Source: Felis catus (taxonomy: Eukaryota). From it: a DNA stretch of 64,000 bases. Under the pieces are notes generated by a model, which saw only the letters and a program-made list of their open reading frames with translations, made no database searches and was not told the DNA's origin. The stretch lies in assembly GCF_018350175.1 (NCBI RefSeq), contig NC_058368.1:121274001-121338000 (forward strand), in the 5' to 3' direction. Shown here one piece after another: positions 40,000 to 51,925 of the stretch. Every line of letters begins with the position of its first letter. Positions within the stretch are counted from its first letter, which is position 1. Both the position numbers and the translations under genes were made by a program.

Positions 40000-40990
40000 T
40001 TTTTTTTAAGACCTTGCTGAGATATGCCTCACAGGCCATGCAGTTCACTCATTTTAAGGTGTACAGTTCAGGGGCACCTGGCTGGCTTAGTCAGAAGAGT
40101 GTGCAGCTCTTGATCTCAGGGTCATGAGTTTGAGCTCCACATTGGGTGTGGAGATTACTTTAAAAAGTGTATAATTATGTGGGGTTTTTTTTATATTTTT
40201 ATTTATTTTTGAGAGGGAGAGAGACAGTGTGCAAGTTGGGGAGGGGGAGAGAAAGGGAGACACAAGATCCGAGGCAGGCTCCAGGGTCCGAACTGTCAGC
40301 ACAGAGCCCAATGCGGGGCCCGAACCCGGGAACCTCAAGATCATGACCGGAGCCAAAGTCGGACACCCAAATGACTGAGCCACCCAGGCGCCCCAGTGTT
40401 TTTTTAAATATAGTCACAGGTATGTGCAGCCATTACCACAACTTTATATCATTTCCTCACCTCCAAAAGAAATCCTGTACTCTGTGATCAGCACTCCAAC
40501 CCCTTTTCATCCCCAACCCCTAATCTACTTTCTATCTTCACAGATTTGTCTATTCTGGACATTTCACATAACCGGAATTATATAACACTGTCTTTTGTAC
40601 CTGGGTCCTTTCATTTGGTGTAATGTTTTCCAGGTTTATGCATGTTCTAGCACGTCTCAATACTTCATTCCTGTTATGGCCGAATAACATGCCACTGTAC
40701 AGATACACCACGCTTTGTTTGTCCATTCGTCAGTCAATGGGCGTTGGGGTTATTTCCACCCTTTGGCTATTATGAATAATGCTGCTCTAAACATTTGTGT
40801 ACTAGTTCTCACGTAGACGAATGTTTTCATTTCTCCTGGGTATGGACTAGGAGTAGACTTACTGCATCATATGCTACTTCTGGTTAATCATTCAAGGAAC
40901 CAGCAGACTATTTTCCAAAGGAGCTACACCCTATTACCTTCAAACTGCATCAAAGTTTCAGTTTTCTATATTCTCACCAACACTTGTTAT
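40000..40990 (-). mobile_element. Old L1M 3' fragment carrying two SINEs
   Basis: ttggctattatgaataatgctgct; ctaggagtaga; ttctcaccaacacttgttat. Confidence 0.7.
40071..40394. mobile_element. Tail-to-tail SINE pair (short + copy 40071-40165; - copy 40185-40394)
   Basis: + head ggggcacctggctggct; - head gagccacccaggcgcccc. Confidence 0.85.
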
Positions 40991-41829
40991 CTGTTTGGAA
41001 TGGTTTTTTGATCCTGCAACTATAGCTTCGAAACGTCAAACATACATGCACAGCACACATATATTTAGACAATCATCACCAGAGAACACACACAAAACTA
41101 CCAAGTCATGCGTACCGGCATATACCAGCACATACCTCTAGAGTTCACATATGTATACATAGAACCCCGCATAGACATTTACAATCACAAGCTCATGTAC
41201 AGTCACAGTGCACATGCCTGTGAGTGCATAGACTCACATGTGGGAATGTAATCAGATGTACAGTAGACCAGTGCTGTCACACATGTGCATACGATTGTCA
41301 TGGGTTGTGAACAAGCATGCACACAGAACCAGAGACATGTGCACTCAATAACGCATTCACTCTTGCCTGAACACACGTATACAAATGACAGTTGTGCCCA
41401 CAAAAGCAGAGTCCTAAAAAAGGCACACGTATATAGTTATCATCACTTATGGGGGTGGTAACTGAACATAAATTGAGTGTATTTACTCTGGATGACAAGG
41501 AGATGATTGAGATTACCTTCGTGCTTGGTGTACTGGGTAGGAAGATGTTTTCATTCATTTATTTGTTCTTTAAGCTACAAGTGTATATTGGGCACATAGA
41601 AAACACAGTGATGAACAAGACATAGTCCCTGCCCTCATGGAACTTATAGTCTAGTGGTGGGGCAGTCAACTGTGGTATGTGTCAAGAAGGAAATAAATAA
41701 GGTAATATGATAAATAGGCAAGGTGCCAGGATAGTAGTTTCCAAGTATTTTTAGCAGTGTTGCTCACTCTTTCGTCCTGACGAAGTGAACACTATTCAGA
41801 TTCACCTTCCATAAGTCACTGGATAAACT

Positions 41830-41831
<2 letters not shown>

Positions 41832-41868
<37 letters not shown>
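41832..41868. repeat. (GT)n microsatellite
   Basis: Read directly. Confidence 0.95.
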
Positions 41869-41870
<2 letters not shown>

Positions 41871-42439
41871 TAATACTAGCATTATTAAGAGTGTGGGCTC
41901 AGGACCTAGACTACCCTGGTTTAAAATTTGGTTTCTTTCAAATTGGGTGATCTGCAAATTCTCATTTGCAATTAGGGATGCCCATAGTACCTTTAGTAAG
42001 GATTAAATTAGCTGATACTTGTAAAGCATTTAAAAGTGCCTAGCCAGTGTCAAGTTCTCATTAGTAGCCATGATACCATTTTCTGAGTGTAGGTTTCCAT
42101 AGAGGGAGCAAGTGCACTAGGAGGTGGGTCGGGAGAGGCTGGGGGAATAGATCAAGGAGCCCAGTAGTGTCCTGTTGACCAGCGACTGGATGAGTCTTCA
42201 TCTTCTACCATGTTGGAGCAGTCGTTGGGAAGACAGCCCTGGCATGACACCCTGGCAGGCCATAAACCAGTCCATCCCCACCTCACTGCCTCCAGCCACA
42301 AACCACAGAGAAGATGCATGATGCGTGGCACTGGGCAAGGCTCTTGGTTTCCAGCTGCGTCGGGCCTTTCTGCAGCAGCTCCGCTGTGGGCCTGGCGTGT
42401 AGCATTCATTGGTTCTGCTTGGCTGTCTTTTCTGTGTAG

Positions 42440-42531
42440 GTCAGCACTTACCATCCCATACCTGGCTCCCCAGGACATTCCGCAGCCATCGTCAATCTGT
42501 CCGGCTCCCAGCAACACCTCTCAGCAAACAT
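42440..42531 (+). CDS. SH3RF2: SH3RF2 coding exon 6 (not recovered in frame by the ORF track)
   Basis: Acceptor tcttttctgtgtag|GTC, donor AT|gtgagt, 92 nt, phase 0/2. Translates VSTYHPIPGSPGHSAAIVNLSGSQQHLSAN(M). Confidence 0.93.
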
Positions 42532-43794
42532 GTGAGTAACAAGCTCAGCTCTCCACCCCCGGGTCGTGGCCAGAGAGGCCACTTTTGCCACCCCTCTGCC
42601 TTCAAGCATCACCACTCCCAGACCATCCCATACAAAGAGACAACAAATCCCCTTCCTTTATATCCTTCAAAGGAAATAATGCTGAAAAACAGATTGGCAA
42701 GCCACATCATCCTGGCTCATTATTTTACAAAAGTAGAAAGGAACTGGAAGATTAGACACCAAAACATTGCTGGGAGATTGGATACTGAGCAATTTCTGTT
42801 GTCTTCTTCTAGATTCAAAATGTTGGGTCATAAATAGATGTTGAAATATAGCATTTTGGTGGAGGGAAACCCTGTAGAAGAGAATACCCTGCCCAGCCCC
42901 TTTGATAAAACCTTCCAGTGTCTCATAGTCCTTGGAGTCTAGAGGGACTTCTTGATGTCCAGCCTGAGGCCATACATTGGTAACCTGAATCTGGCAAGCC
43001 CACATGGGTTACTTTTAATGCTTTTAGTCAAGCATATATTCTCACTTCCACACCCTCGCTGTGTCTTCACCCCTGGCTCATAACTAGATGCTATCTGCCT
43101 GACGCCTGTGTAGACTGCAAACTGGAAAGTCACGACTCTAACCCAAGGACATTTTGCAATGTTACAAACACATCATCGCCCTCCATCCCGCCATGCAGCC
43201 AGGATTCCACTGTCTGCTAACAAACTAAAATCAACTCCTACCTCCCCTCCCCAATGTCTGCTTCCCTGCCTACATTAAGCTAGCTCCTCTGGCCATTCCT
43301 GGGAATCAAATGTGCCCCCGCTCTCAGCAGAGGGAACGGATCAGAGAGTCTTCTGTTCTGACCTCTCCTTTCCCTTCACTTGCTGGCTGCAAACATGTTC
43401 TGGGGTGATACCTTAAGCAGTATGAAAAAGCATCCTGGGCAGAGCCATAACTTCTAGGTTTGAGACCAGGCTCTGCCACTAATTCTGGATCACCAACTCC
43501 TTTCTCTATCCTAGTCCAGTTTCCCCATTGTCAAAATGCCAAGGTGGCCTAAATTAGTGATCTGAAGCTGTGTGGCACTCTGTGGAAAAGCAGGGATGTT
43601 GGCCCGTCCAGTGCTACTTCTATCACTATAGGTTCTATCACTATCACCTGCCTTCCATACCGACATTTCACCATGAAGAAGTTAGTTATTTCTAACCACT
43701 GGGTCAGTGGTTCCATTTCCCTTCACTCTTTGCTGGCTCCATGCCCTCCTCCAGGCACGTTCCCCTTCTTCACTCAGTTCCCTTGTCTCCCCAG

Positions 43795-43965
43795 GTTTGT
43801 GGCCCTGCACTCCTACTCAGCCCATGGACCCGATGAGCTGGACCTACAGAAGGGAGAAGGCATCAGGGTCCTGGGCAAGTACCCAGACGGCTGGCTCAGG
43901 GGCGTCTCCTTGGTCACTGGGCGGGTTGGCACCTTCCCCAACAACTATGTCATCCCCATTTTCAG
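43795..43965 (+). CDS. SH3RF2: SH3RF2 coding exon 7, third SH3 domain
   Basis: Acceptor ttgtctccccag|G, donor AG|gtgcgt, 171 nt, phase 2/2. [52 protein letters not shown] is a clear SH3 signature. Confidence 0.97.
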
Positions 43966-46264
43966 GTGCGTGCCCTCTATTCTCAGGCAGCGGAGGTCGG
44001 GTCCACTAGGCCCAGGGCCATCTGTGGTTTCACTGCTCAAGGACTCAGTGCTCCTTTGGAGCGTAGGCCAAGAAATGGCCTAACACTTTTTTTTTAATTG
44101 TAGAAAGTTATCTTTTTTAGAGTTCTTCACATTTTACAAGCACTTTCACATCTTTTAACTCATTGGATGTGTTCAAGAGTCCCTCCTGTAAGGGAGATGT
44201 GATTTTACAGATGAGGAAAGTGATGTACAGAGTTAAGCAACCTGCTCAAGATCTGGGTTTCAGGTTTTCTATAGTACGAACCCCCAAAATCCCATTCATA
44301 TCCTGCACCCCAACTCTCCTGTATAGCCGAATAATGGGAGCCTGTGATAATCAGAAGACCCCTCAGAGCACTTCAGGAAACTTCATAAGACACTAGGCCA
44401 GTAGGCAGACTTTCCATGACTCAGACTATGACCTGTCCATCCACACCCCAGGCCAAAGGCTGGTTACCCTGTAGGTCCCTGTCCCTATCAGCATTCCCAA
44501 CTTTTTTATTCTCCAGCACACCCGACCCTTTAACTTAAACCACCACCACAGATCCCTGCACTGCCCATGGCTCCGCCTTCCTCCACCCCACATCCACCCA
44601 GGCACAGCCTGTCACAAGGCAGTGAGGCCATCCCCACACATCAAACACTGTCTCTATGACATAACTCCAAGGAAAGTGATAACCCATTGTACTCTCTGGG
44701 GGGAGGGGGGGTCAGAGCTGGAGTCCTATGTCCAGTTTGGGGGAGCTTCATAAAGGTGGGGCACAGTGTCCGGAGGAGGGCCACAAAGATGGTGAGGAGA
44801 CAGAACACTACACCACAGTAGACAGTCATAGAAACACTTGGGTAAAGCTACAGAAGACAGGGTCAGAGGGACCATAACAAGCCGTGGAGACAGGAAATCT
44901 GTTCCATGAGGGGAAAGTGAACCAGTGGATACAACTTAGAAGTTGGATCCGTAAAAGTTTGCACTTTCTAACACATAGATTTTTTTTCCAATAAGGTTGG
45001 CTGGTGAGGTGGTAGGACCCCCTTTCTAGGAAGAGTACAGGCAAAGTCTGGGTTTCCATAGATCCAGGCTTAGATAAAAAGATTTCTTCACATGGCAGAA
45101 AGTTGAACCGGAAGTTATCTCCTTCAGTGGAAGGAAGGTTCTTGGAATTTGTTAGAAAGTTGCAAAATCTCCAAAGGCAAACTAAGGGTGTCTATAGCTG
45201 ATGCTGTAGTCAACAAATATTTATCAAGCATAAACTATGTGTCAGGCACCTTTTTAGACACAGGAGAAACACCAGTGGACAAAACACACAAAATCTCTGC
45301 CCACCAGAAGTTACACTCTAGTGGTACAGACAGATAATAAACAAGGTATATAAGTAATGCAAATGGTGTGTTAATGGTAAAGGCCAAGAAGAAAAACAAG
45401 AAAAGGATTGAATTAGTAGAGGTGGTGATTAAAATTTTAATAGGTTGGTCAGGGATGGCCTTACTGAGAAGAAGGAAATGAGGCAGGTGTATTCCAGACC
45501 AAGGAACAGCAAGTACAATTGCCCTGAAGTAGGAGTGAGCCTGACATGAAGACCAGTAGGACTGGTTTAGACCAAGTCAGGGGGATGTTAACAGGAAATG
45601 AGGTCAGAATGGTAACAGGTGAGCCAGATCATATAGAATTTCCTAGGTCATAATGAGGAATTGGCTTTAACGCTATTGCAAGGTTTTGAGCATAAGAGTG
45701 ACATGATTTAACTTACATTTTAACCAAAATCCCTGTAGTTGCTGGGTTGAGAGTAAGCTGTAGAAAGGAAATGTGGAAGCAGAGAAACTAATTAAGAAGA
45801 TACTGTAATACTCTGGGGGATAAGTGATGGTGAATGGAGCCAAGGCATTAGCCAAGGAGGCAGGGAGAGGTGGTTAGATTCTGCATATACTCTGAAGGTA
45901 GACACCACAGGATTTTCTGACAAATCAAATATCGGGTGTGAAAGAATAGAGAAGTAAGGTGAGTCCTAGTTTTTTGCCCCAAGTAACTGGAAAATGGAGT
46001 TGCCTTTTACTGAGCTAGAGGGGGAAACCAAGAGGAATGGGTTCTGAGATGTGAGGGGAAGCAAAAGCTCAGTTTGCAGCAGATTAAGTCTTAGATGCCT
46101 GTTAGCAGTCCTGGTAGAGATGTTGGCAAATGGTTGAGTATACAAGCCCAGTATTTAAGGAAGAAGGTCCAGGCTTGAGAATGTATTTAAAACCCTAGGA
46201 CTAGATGAGACCATTGTGGTAGGATCAATTGCATTAGAGAGAATGACAGTGAGCCAGAAGCCAA

Positions 46265-46267
<3 letters not shown>

Positions 46268-46306
<39 letters not shown>
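46268..46306. repeat. (TG)n microsatellite at the tail of the antisense L1 fragment
   Basis: Read directly. Confidence 0.95.
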
Positions 46307-46307
<1 letters not shown>

Positions 46308-46311
46308 ACGT

Positions 46312-46566
46312 GTATATAATTTACTGTCAAGTTAGCTAACATACAGTGTATGCAGCACGCTCTTGGCTTCAGGATTAGATTCCCTGTTCATTGCTTACAT
46401 ATAACACCCAGGTCCCAACAAATGCCCTCCTCAATGCCCATCACCCATTTTCCCCTCCCTCCCACCCCCATCAACCCTCAGTTTGTTCTCTGTATATTTA
46501 AGAGTCTCTTATGTTTTGCCTCCCTCTCTGTTTGTAACTATTTTTTTTTCTTCCCTTCCCCCATGG
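46312..46566 (-). mobile_element. Carnivore L1 3'UTR fragment
   Basis: ccctcccacccccatcaaccctcagtttgttc and cttcccttcccccatg are shared with the 3'UTR at 29820-29980. Confidence 0.85.
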
Positions 46567-46870
46567 CCAGAGGGTAAAATCTTCATGGAATGAGTGGAGA
46601 GAGGCTGAGAGAGGAAATGGTGACAAAGTGATGCGACAGGTGGTCAAGTCTGATACTATGAGTCAAAGCTGGGAAGGATTAAGGAGGGTGGGGGAATGGT
46701 CTAGAGGTGCCAATGAAGAGCAAGAAGGATATCTACCCTAACTCAGGAACACTTTCTTCCATGGGATCTGACATCAATTCTGTAAGGCCCATGTCTGCTA
46801 CTAAAGCATTTGCTTATGCATCACGCCTTAGCCCAGTGTCCTGGTTATTCCATGAAAACACCATTAGAAT

Positions 46871-47163
46871 AAGTGTGACCATATAATTTATCACCCAAAC
46901 TAGGACACTTTTTTTAATATTTTATTTTTGAGAGAGAGACAGAGAGAGAGAGAGAGAGACAGAGAGACAGAGAGAGAGAGAAACAGAGACAGAAGGAGAC
47001 ACAGAATCCGAAGCAGGCTCCAGGCTCTGAGCTGTCAGCACGGAGCCCGACGCGGGGCTTGAACTCATGAACCACGAGATCATGACCTGAGCCAAAGTCG
47101 GATGCTTAACTGATTTAACCAACCAGTCACCCCCAGACTAGGACACTTTTAAGAAAAGAAGGA

Positions 47164-47198
<35 letters not shown>

Positions 47199-47268
47199 TT
47201 AATACACCAGGAGAGCAGATGTAAACTAAGACTCTCCTAGGAAAATCTGGACAAATGGTTACCCTCAC
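46871..47268. mobile_element. hAT-Blackjack-like MITE containing an antisense Can-SINE (46913-47134) and a (CA)n
   Basis: gtgaccatataatttatc...atggttaccct inverted ends; SINE TSD actaggacacttttt. Confidence 0.65.
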
Positions 47269-47972
47269 TAGAATGCATGGAGGATTCCATTCCAGTGTAT
47301 TCCAAGGCTCCAGCTTCCCTTTCTCTCCTTGGCTTTTCTCCTAGGTACATGTATTGTGTCCTTAGGCAAGCCATGAGCCATCTAGACTCACCTGTTCAGA
47401 GACAGCCACATCAGACAGTGGATGGAGTTTCAGCCATAGGTTGCCATTGAATCTGTCCCTCCCCTCCAGTTGATAGAATCCTGAACATATGTGTATACTG
47501 AGGTGCTACTTACGTGTATGTGGGTTTTGCTTCTAGGGAACCAACATTTCCAAAAAGAGGAAATCCCTGTCAGAGTATATTCTCCTGACAGCTGTTAAGT
47601 GACAGAGGATTGGTGCTCTCTCTGTGTGAAGTTCTCCTTGATGGTCTCCTGATGCAAAGGAAGGTCCCATCACCAGTAATCTTAGACATGGGTCTATGAT
47701 GTCCGATTTATCTACCTGGGAGCAGCTCATCCTTGTTCTTAGCCACCCTCTCCTTTTGCTTCTTGGGGCTGAATGATGTGGTCCTTTGTCAGCTTAGTTT
47801 CCACTCCTTTTAGCAGGTTGTGTTAGGACTGAGTGGGTTGGACTACATATGCAAGGCCCCTTTCTGCTCTTTGGTTCTGCATGTGTGTGAGGTTTTCTTC
47901 CCATCTCTGTTTTCTGTTTGCAGCGATGCCTCTCACCACCAGCAGCCCCCTTGGGCTAGAAGGCAGCCTTTT

Positions 47973-48195
47973 TTTTTTTAACTTTTTTTTTCCAACGTTT
48001 ATTTATTTTTGGGACAGAGAGAGACAGAGCATGAACGGGGGAGGGGCAGAGAGAGAGGGAGACACAGAATCGGAAACAGGCTCCAGGCTCTGAGCCATCA
48101 GCCCAGAGCCTGACGCGGGGCTCGAACTCACGGACCGCGAGATCGTGACCTGGCTGAAGTCGGACGCTTAACCGACTGCGCCACCCAGGCGCCCC
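47973..48195 (-). mobile_element. Young SINEC_Fc with perfect 15-bp TSD
   Basis: CpGs retained; TSD agaaggcagcctttt at 47958-47972 and 48196-48210. Confidence 0.95.
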
Positions 48196-50624
48196 AGAAG
48201 GCAGCCTTTTATAAAAGAGCCAGGGATCGAAAGTATGAGGTCCCCCCTGAGCACTGGAACCTTTGCTTTATTAGCATTATGCCCCAATGAACTGGGCCTG
48301 CCAGAGCTTGGGGACTAACTCTATAGAAAGACTAGTGCTGACCCAAATGCCAGGGTATTAAGATTCAGCAAGTGAGCCTTTTAATTCCCAAGAGAATAAA
48401 AGGCAGCTGTGCCCTCCAGAGCGCCAGCCCTCTCTCAGTGCTAGATAGTGACACCCACCTGTCCAGCCGAGTTGACCACAAGTAAATCTCTGCCACCGTG
48501 ACATGCTTTCCCAGGCCCTGGAGGCAGCCACAGGCTCAGACTGTGCAGAACGTTTGTCAAGTTTCCATCTAAATCCCCTCTGACTAGCATCAACATACTT
48601 TTCCTCCTTCAGGCATAGTCTTGGTGGGAGGTACAAGTTTCCTCTCTTTTCAGAGGCTTAAGAAACTAGCTCCTCCTTCTCATGCCCCCCTCCTCCTCCT
48701 CTCTATCCTGCTCTTCCTCCTTATCCTCCCTCTCCTCCTCCTCCCATCACCCCAGCTAAGAAACAGGCTCAGCCCATCTGAGGCTCTCTCTTAGGGCTTG
48801 GAAGCTTGAACCAGAGAGGAAAGAATGTGGTTGCAGTTGAAGACCTTTCATGGCAAGAACACAATCAGCAACGTCTGATCAGACGCCTGCCCCCTATCTC
48901 AGATATCTGCTGCCAGACTCTCAGCAGCCTCCTTCAGGTCCTGTTTCCAGGGCCTCTCTGCCCCTCATGTTCTCCCAACACAGTCCCTTCTGTCCAGTAG
49001 CCAGGATATTCCTCTTTCTTACAACCTTCACCAGGCACATGCGCCCCCCTGGTGCCTCATGGATGGAAAAAGCAATACAGGGGCCAACACTTGGTTCTTT
49101 GAACTTTCTACCCAGAACTATATAAAGTTGCCAGGGTGCAAGCTTTCCCTTACCAGGAGGCTGCTGCCAGTGGTGAGTACAGTAGAGCCGCAAATGCCCC
49201 TTCACATATGGCGGGGGGAGGGGGCTAGGTCTTATGGGTTCCTACCACAGACAGGAAAGGGGGCACAGACCTGCACACTCAAAGCAGCACAATGGAGCAA
49301 GTTGGAGGCAATAGCACTCCTTCCCCCCCAAACCCCTCTTTCAGTCTCTCCATCTGGAAAACAAGGATCTGGAGTGTAATGGGGATTAATTAATATATGT
49401 TCACAAAGTACTTTGATATTAGAAGAAAGCGCTGGGTAAGTGCTGAGCTTTTTGCCAAAAGACAGAGAGGGACTCCTGTTGGAAGGAGGACTTTGGATTT
49501 AAGAGTTTTTGGAACCTGACCTAGGGCTGGGCTCAGAAAAATCAGGTTGCAGCTCGGTCTATCAACAGTCATTCAGAGAAGAGACTTGTGGAATAAGGCT
49601 GGCTTGGACCTAGTTAACTCTATTCTGTGCTTGCTGCTGCTGGGAATGGTTATGGAACCTGTCTTTCCTGTGGCCAGCCCATTTTACAGCATCCAACAAC
49701 TTGAGGCCCCCCATTCAAAAAACAGGCAGATCTAGCACATGACCATGGAGGCCAAGGCCAAGGATTTCTCTCCACTGCCAGCCCTTAGCTCCAGAATAGA
49801 GTGGGAGCTCTTACTGGCAGGAAGCCTGCACCCCTTTACTGACGACATCACCGGGACCAGAGGCAGGTTGATGGCTGTGGATAGAAGTCCCATCACTGTA
49901 AGCATCATTTCTGGGCATTTGGCTGCATATGCTTCTTGGGCAGAGTTGGTCACGTTAAATAACGCCTTACCTATCTTTGTACCACTGGCTGGCTCGTTGT
50001 TAAGCTCCGTATCACTTTTTTCAGCCAAAGAAGGAGAGAAAAGGAGGAGAAGAAATAAAGGGAAATGACTGTAGGCATTAATGGGAAGGCCATCAGGGAG
50101 GGCATCTCTGAGCCAGGGTCTTGGTTGAGTTGGTTTTTCCCAGGGAGGTTATTTCCTCATCTGAGTGACAAGCTGATCGATGGACTGCTCAATCGGGGCT
50201 GTGATTTTGGGGTAGGATTGGTAAAAGGGCAAGAAGGGCATGTAAAATGGCAGCCATTCCCCATAGGGTTCAGGGAGTAGCAATCTGGAAGCGAGTGACT
50301 GGAGATTGGTGTTTTATAAAAATTTAATACTAGTCTTAAAAGTCAGAACCCAAGGCTGAAAAGGGAGGGTCTTCCAAAGGCATGTGTAGGGCCTCCCCAC
50401 TGCTTCAGTTTGTTTCTTTCAAGCAGGATTCAGGGCTTACCTTGCTACCTAAATGATGAACACTCTCCCTAGCCAGGAGGGAGTGTGCTCAGTGGTAAGA
50501 CGGTGATCTTTTCAGTGGTAGAGGAGAGGGCCAGCCTGGACCTGGGTTCAAATCTCAGGTCTTGTAGCTGCTTGGCCAAGTAACTGTAAGCCTCTATTTT
50601 CTTATCCATAAAATAGTGGCACTT

Positions 50625-51062
50625 GGGGTGCCTGGGTGGCTCAGTTGGTTGAGCGTCCAACTTCGGCTCAGGTCATGATCTCGTGGTTCCTGAGTTTGAG
50701 CCCTGCATCAGGCTCTGTACTGACAGCTCAAAGCCTGGAGCCTGCTTCAGATTCTGTGTCTCCCTCTCTCTCTGCCCCTCCCCTGCTCACACTCAGTGTC
50801 TGTCTGTCTCTCTCAAAAATAAATAAAAACATTTTTAAAAATTGGGGCGCCTGGGTGGCGCAGTCGGTTAAGCATCCGACTTCAGCCAGGTCACGATCTC
50901 GCGGTCCGTGAGTTCGAGCCCCGCGTCAGGCTCTGGACTGATGGCTCGGAGCCTGGAGCCTGTTTCCGATTCTGTGTCTCCCTCTCTCCCTGCCCCTCCC
51001 CCGTTCGTGCTCTGTCTCTCTCTGTCCCAAAAATAAATAAACGTTGAAAAAAAATTAAAACA
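50625..51062 (+). mobile_element. Older Can-SINE (50625-50843) with a young SINEC_Fc (50844-about 51055) inserted in its tail
   Basis: Two heads. Outer duplication aaaatagt(g/a)gcac surrounds both; the inner copy is CpG-rich. Confidence 0.92.
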
Positions 51063-51689
51063 AAAATAGTAGCACCAATAGTACGTACCTCAGAAGGCTG
51101 TTGTGAAGAACCCACAAGATAATGGGGGCAAAGAACTGCCCAATGCCCAGCATACAGTAAGTGCTCAACATGTGTTAGCCCAAACGACTGGCATCAGTGC
51201 TGAAAGCATCATGGAAATCATTCAACAAACATTTTTTGATAAGCAATAGATGCAGAACACAAAGGATATAAAATAAGGCATAAAATATCTCTGCCTTCCC
51301 TGAGTTTAGAACCAAAGGGGAAAGTCACAGAATGAATAGGAAATCAGAACCACAAAACGAGTTGAACATGTACAAGACCTTGTGCTCCAAACTCTTGGGG
51401 TTTGGAGTGATTAGAGCTGGAATGAAAGATGACCTAAGTCAAGTGTTCTCGTTCCAATGGGGCCTCAGTATGAGCCCCTCTCCCTGCCCTCTGCACACCT
51501 GCACAGTTGCCCAGCTGTAAATCGTGAGACCCACATGATCATGCCTGTGTGGTTAATAAAGGGAGCATATATGATAGGAAGGGGGTGAAGAGAGACCACA
51601 TTCAGTATATGGTTGAGAGCTTTTTAAAATAGGACTCATAACTGAGCGTTTTCTTTATTTCTTCTCTTTAAAACGCTTGCAACAACCAG

Positions 51690-51925
51690 AAAGACATCTA
51701 GTTTTCCAGATTCTCGGAGTCCTGGTCTCTACGCCACATGGACGTTATCCAACTCCTCTGTGTCCTCCCAAGGCAGCATTTCAGAAGGTGATCCCCGGCA
51801 GAACCGTCCCTTCAAGTCCGTCTTTGTGCCCACCGCCATAGTCAACCCCGTGAGGAGCACAACCAGCCCGGGGACTTTAGGACAGGGCTCTCTTCGGAGA
51901 TCCGGGAGGAGCAGCATGAGAAAGA
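51690..51925 (+). CDS. SH3RF2: SH3RF2 coding exon 8
   Basis: Acceptor acaaccag|A, donor A|gtaagt, 236 nt, phase 2/1. Translates (R)[55 protein letters not shown]...SSMRK. Confidence 0.93.

Noticed and set aside
41040..41430. Cys/Val-rich - strand ORFs (similar His/Thr-rich ORFs at 6629-6966)
   Set aside because: Degenerate CA/TG low-complexity sequence.
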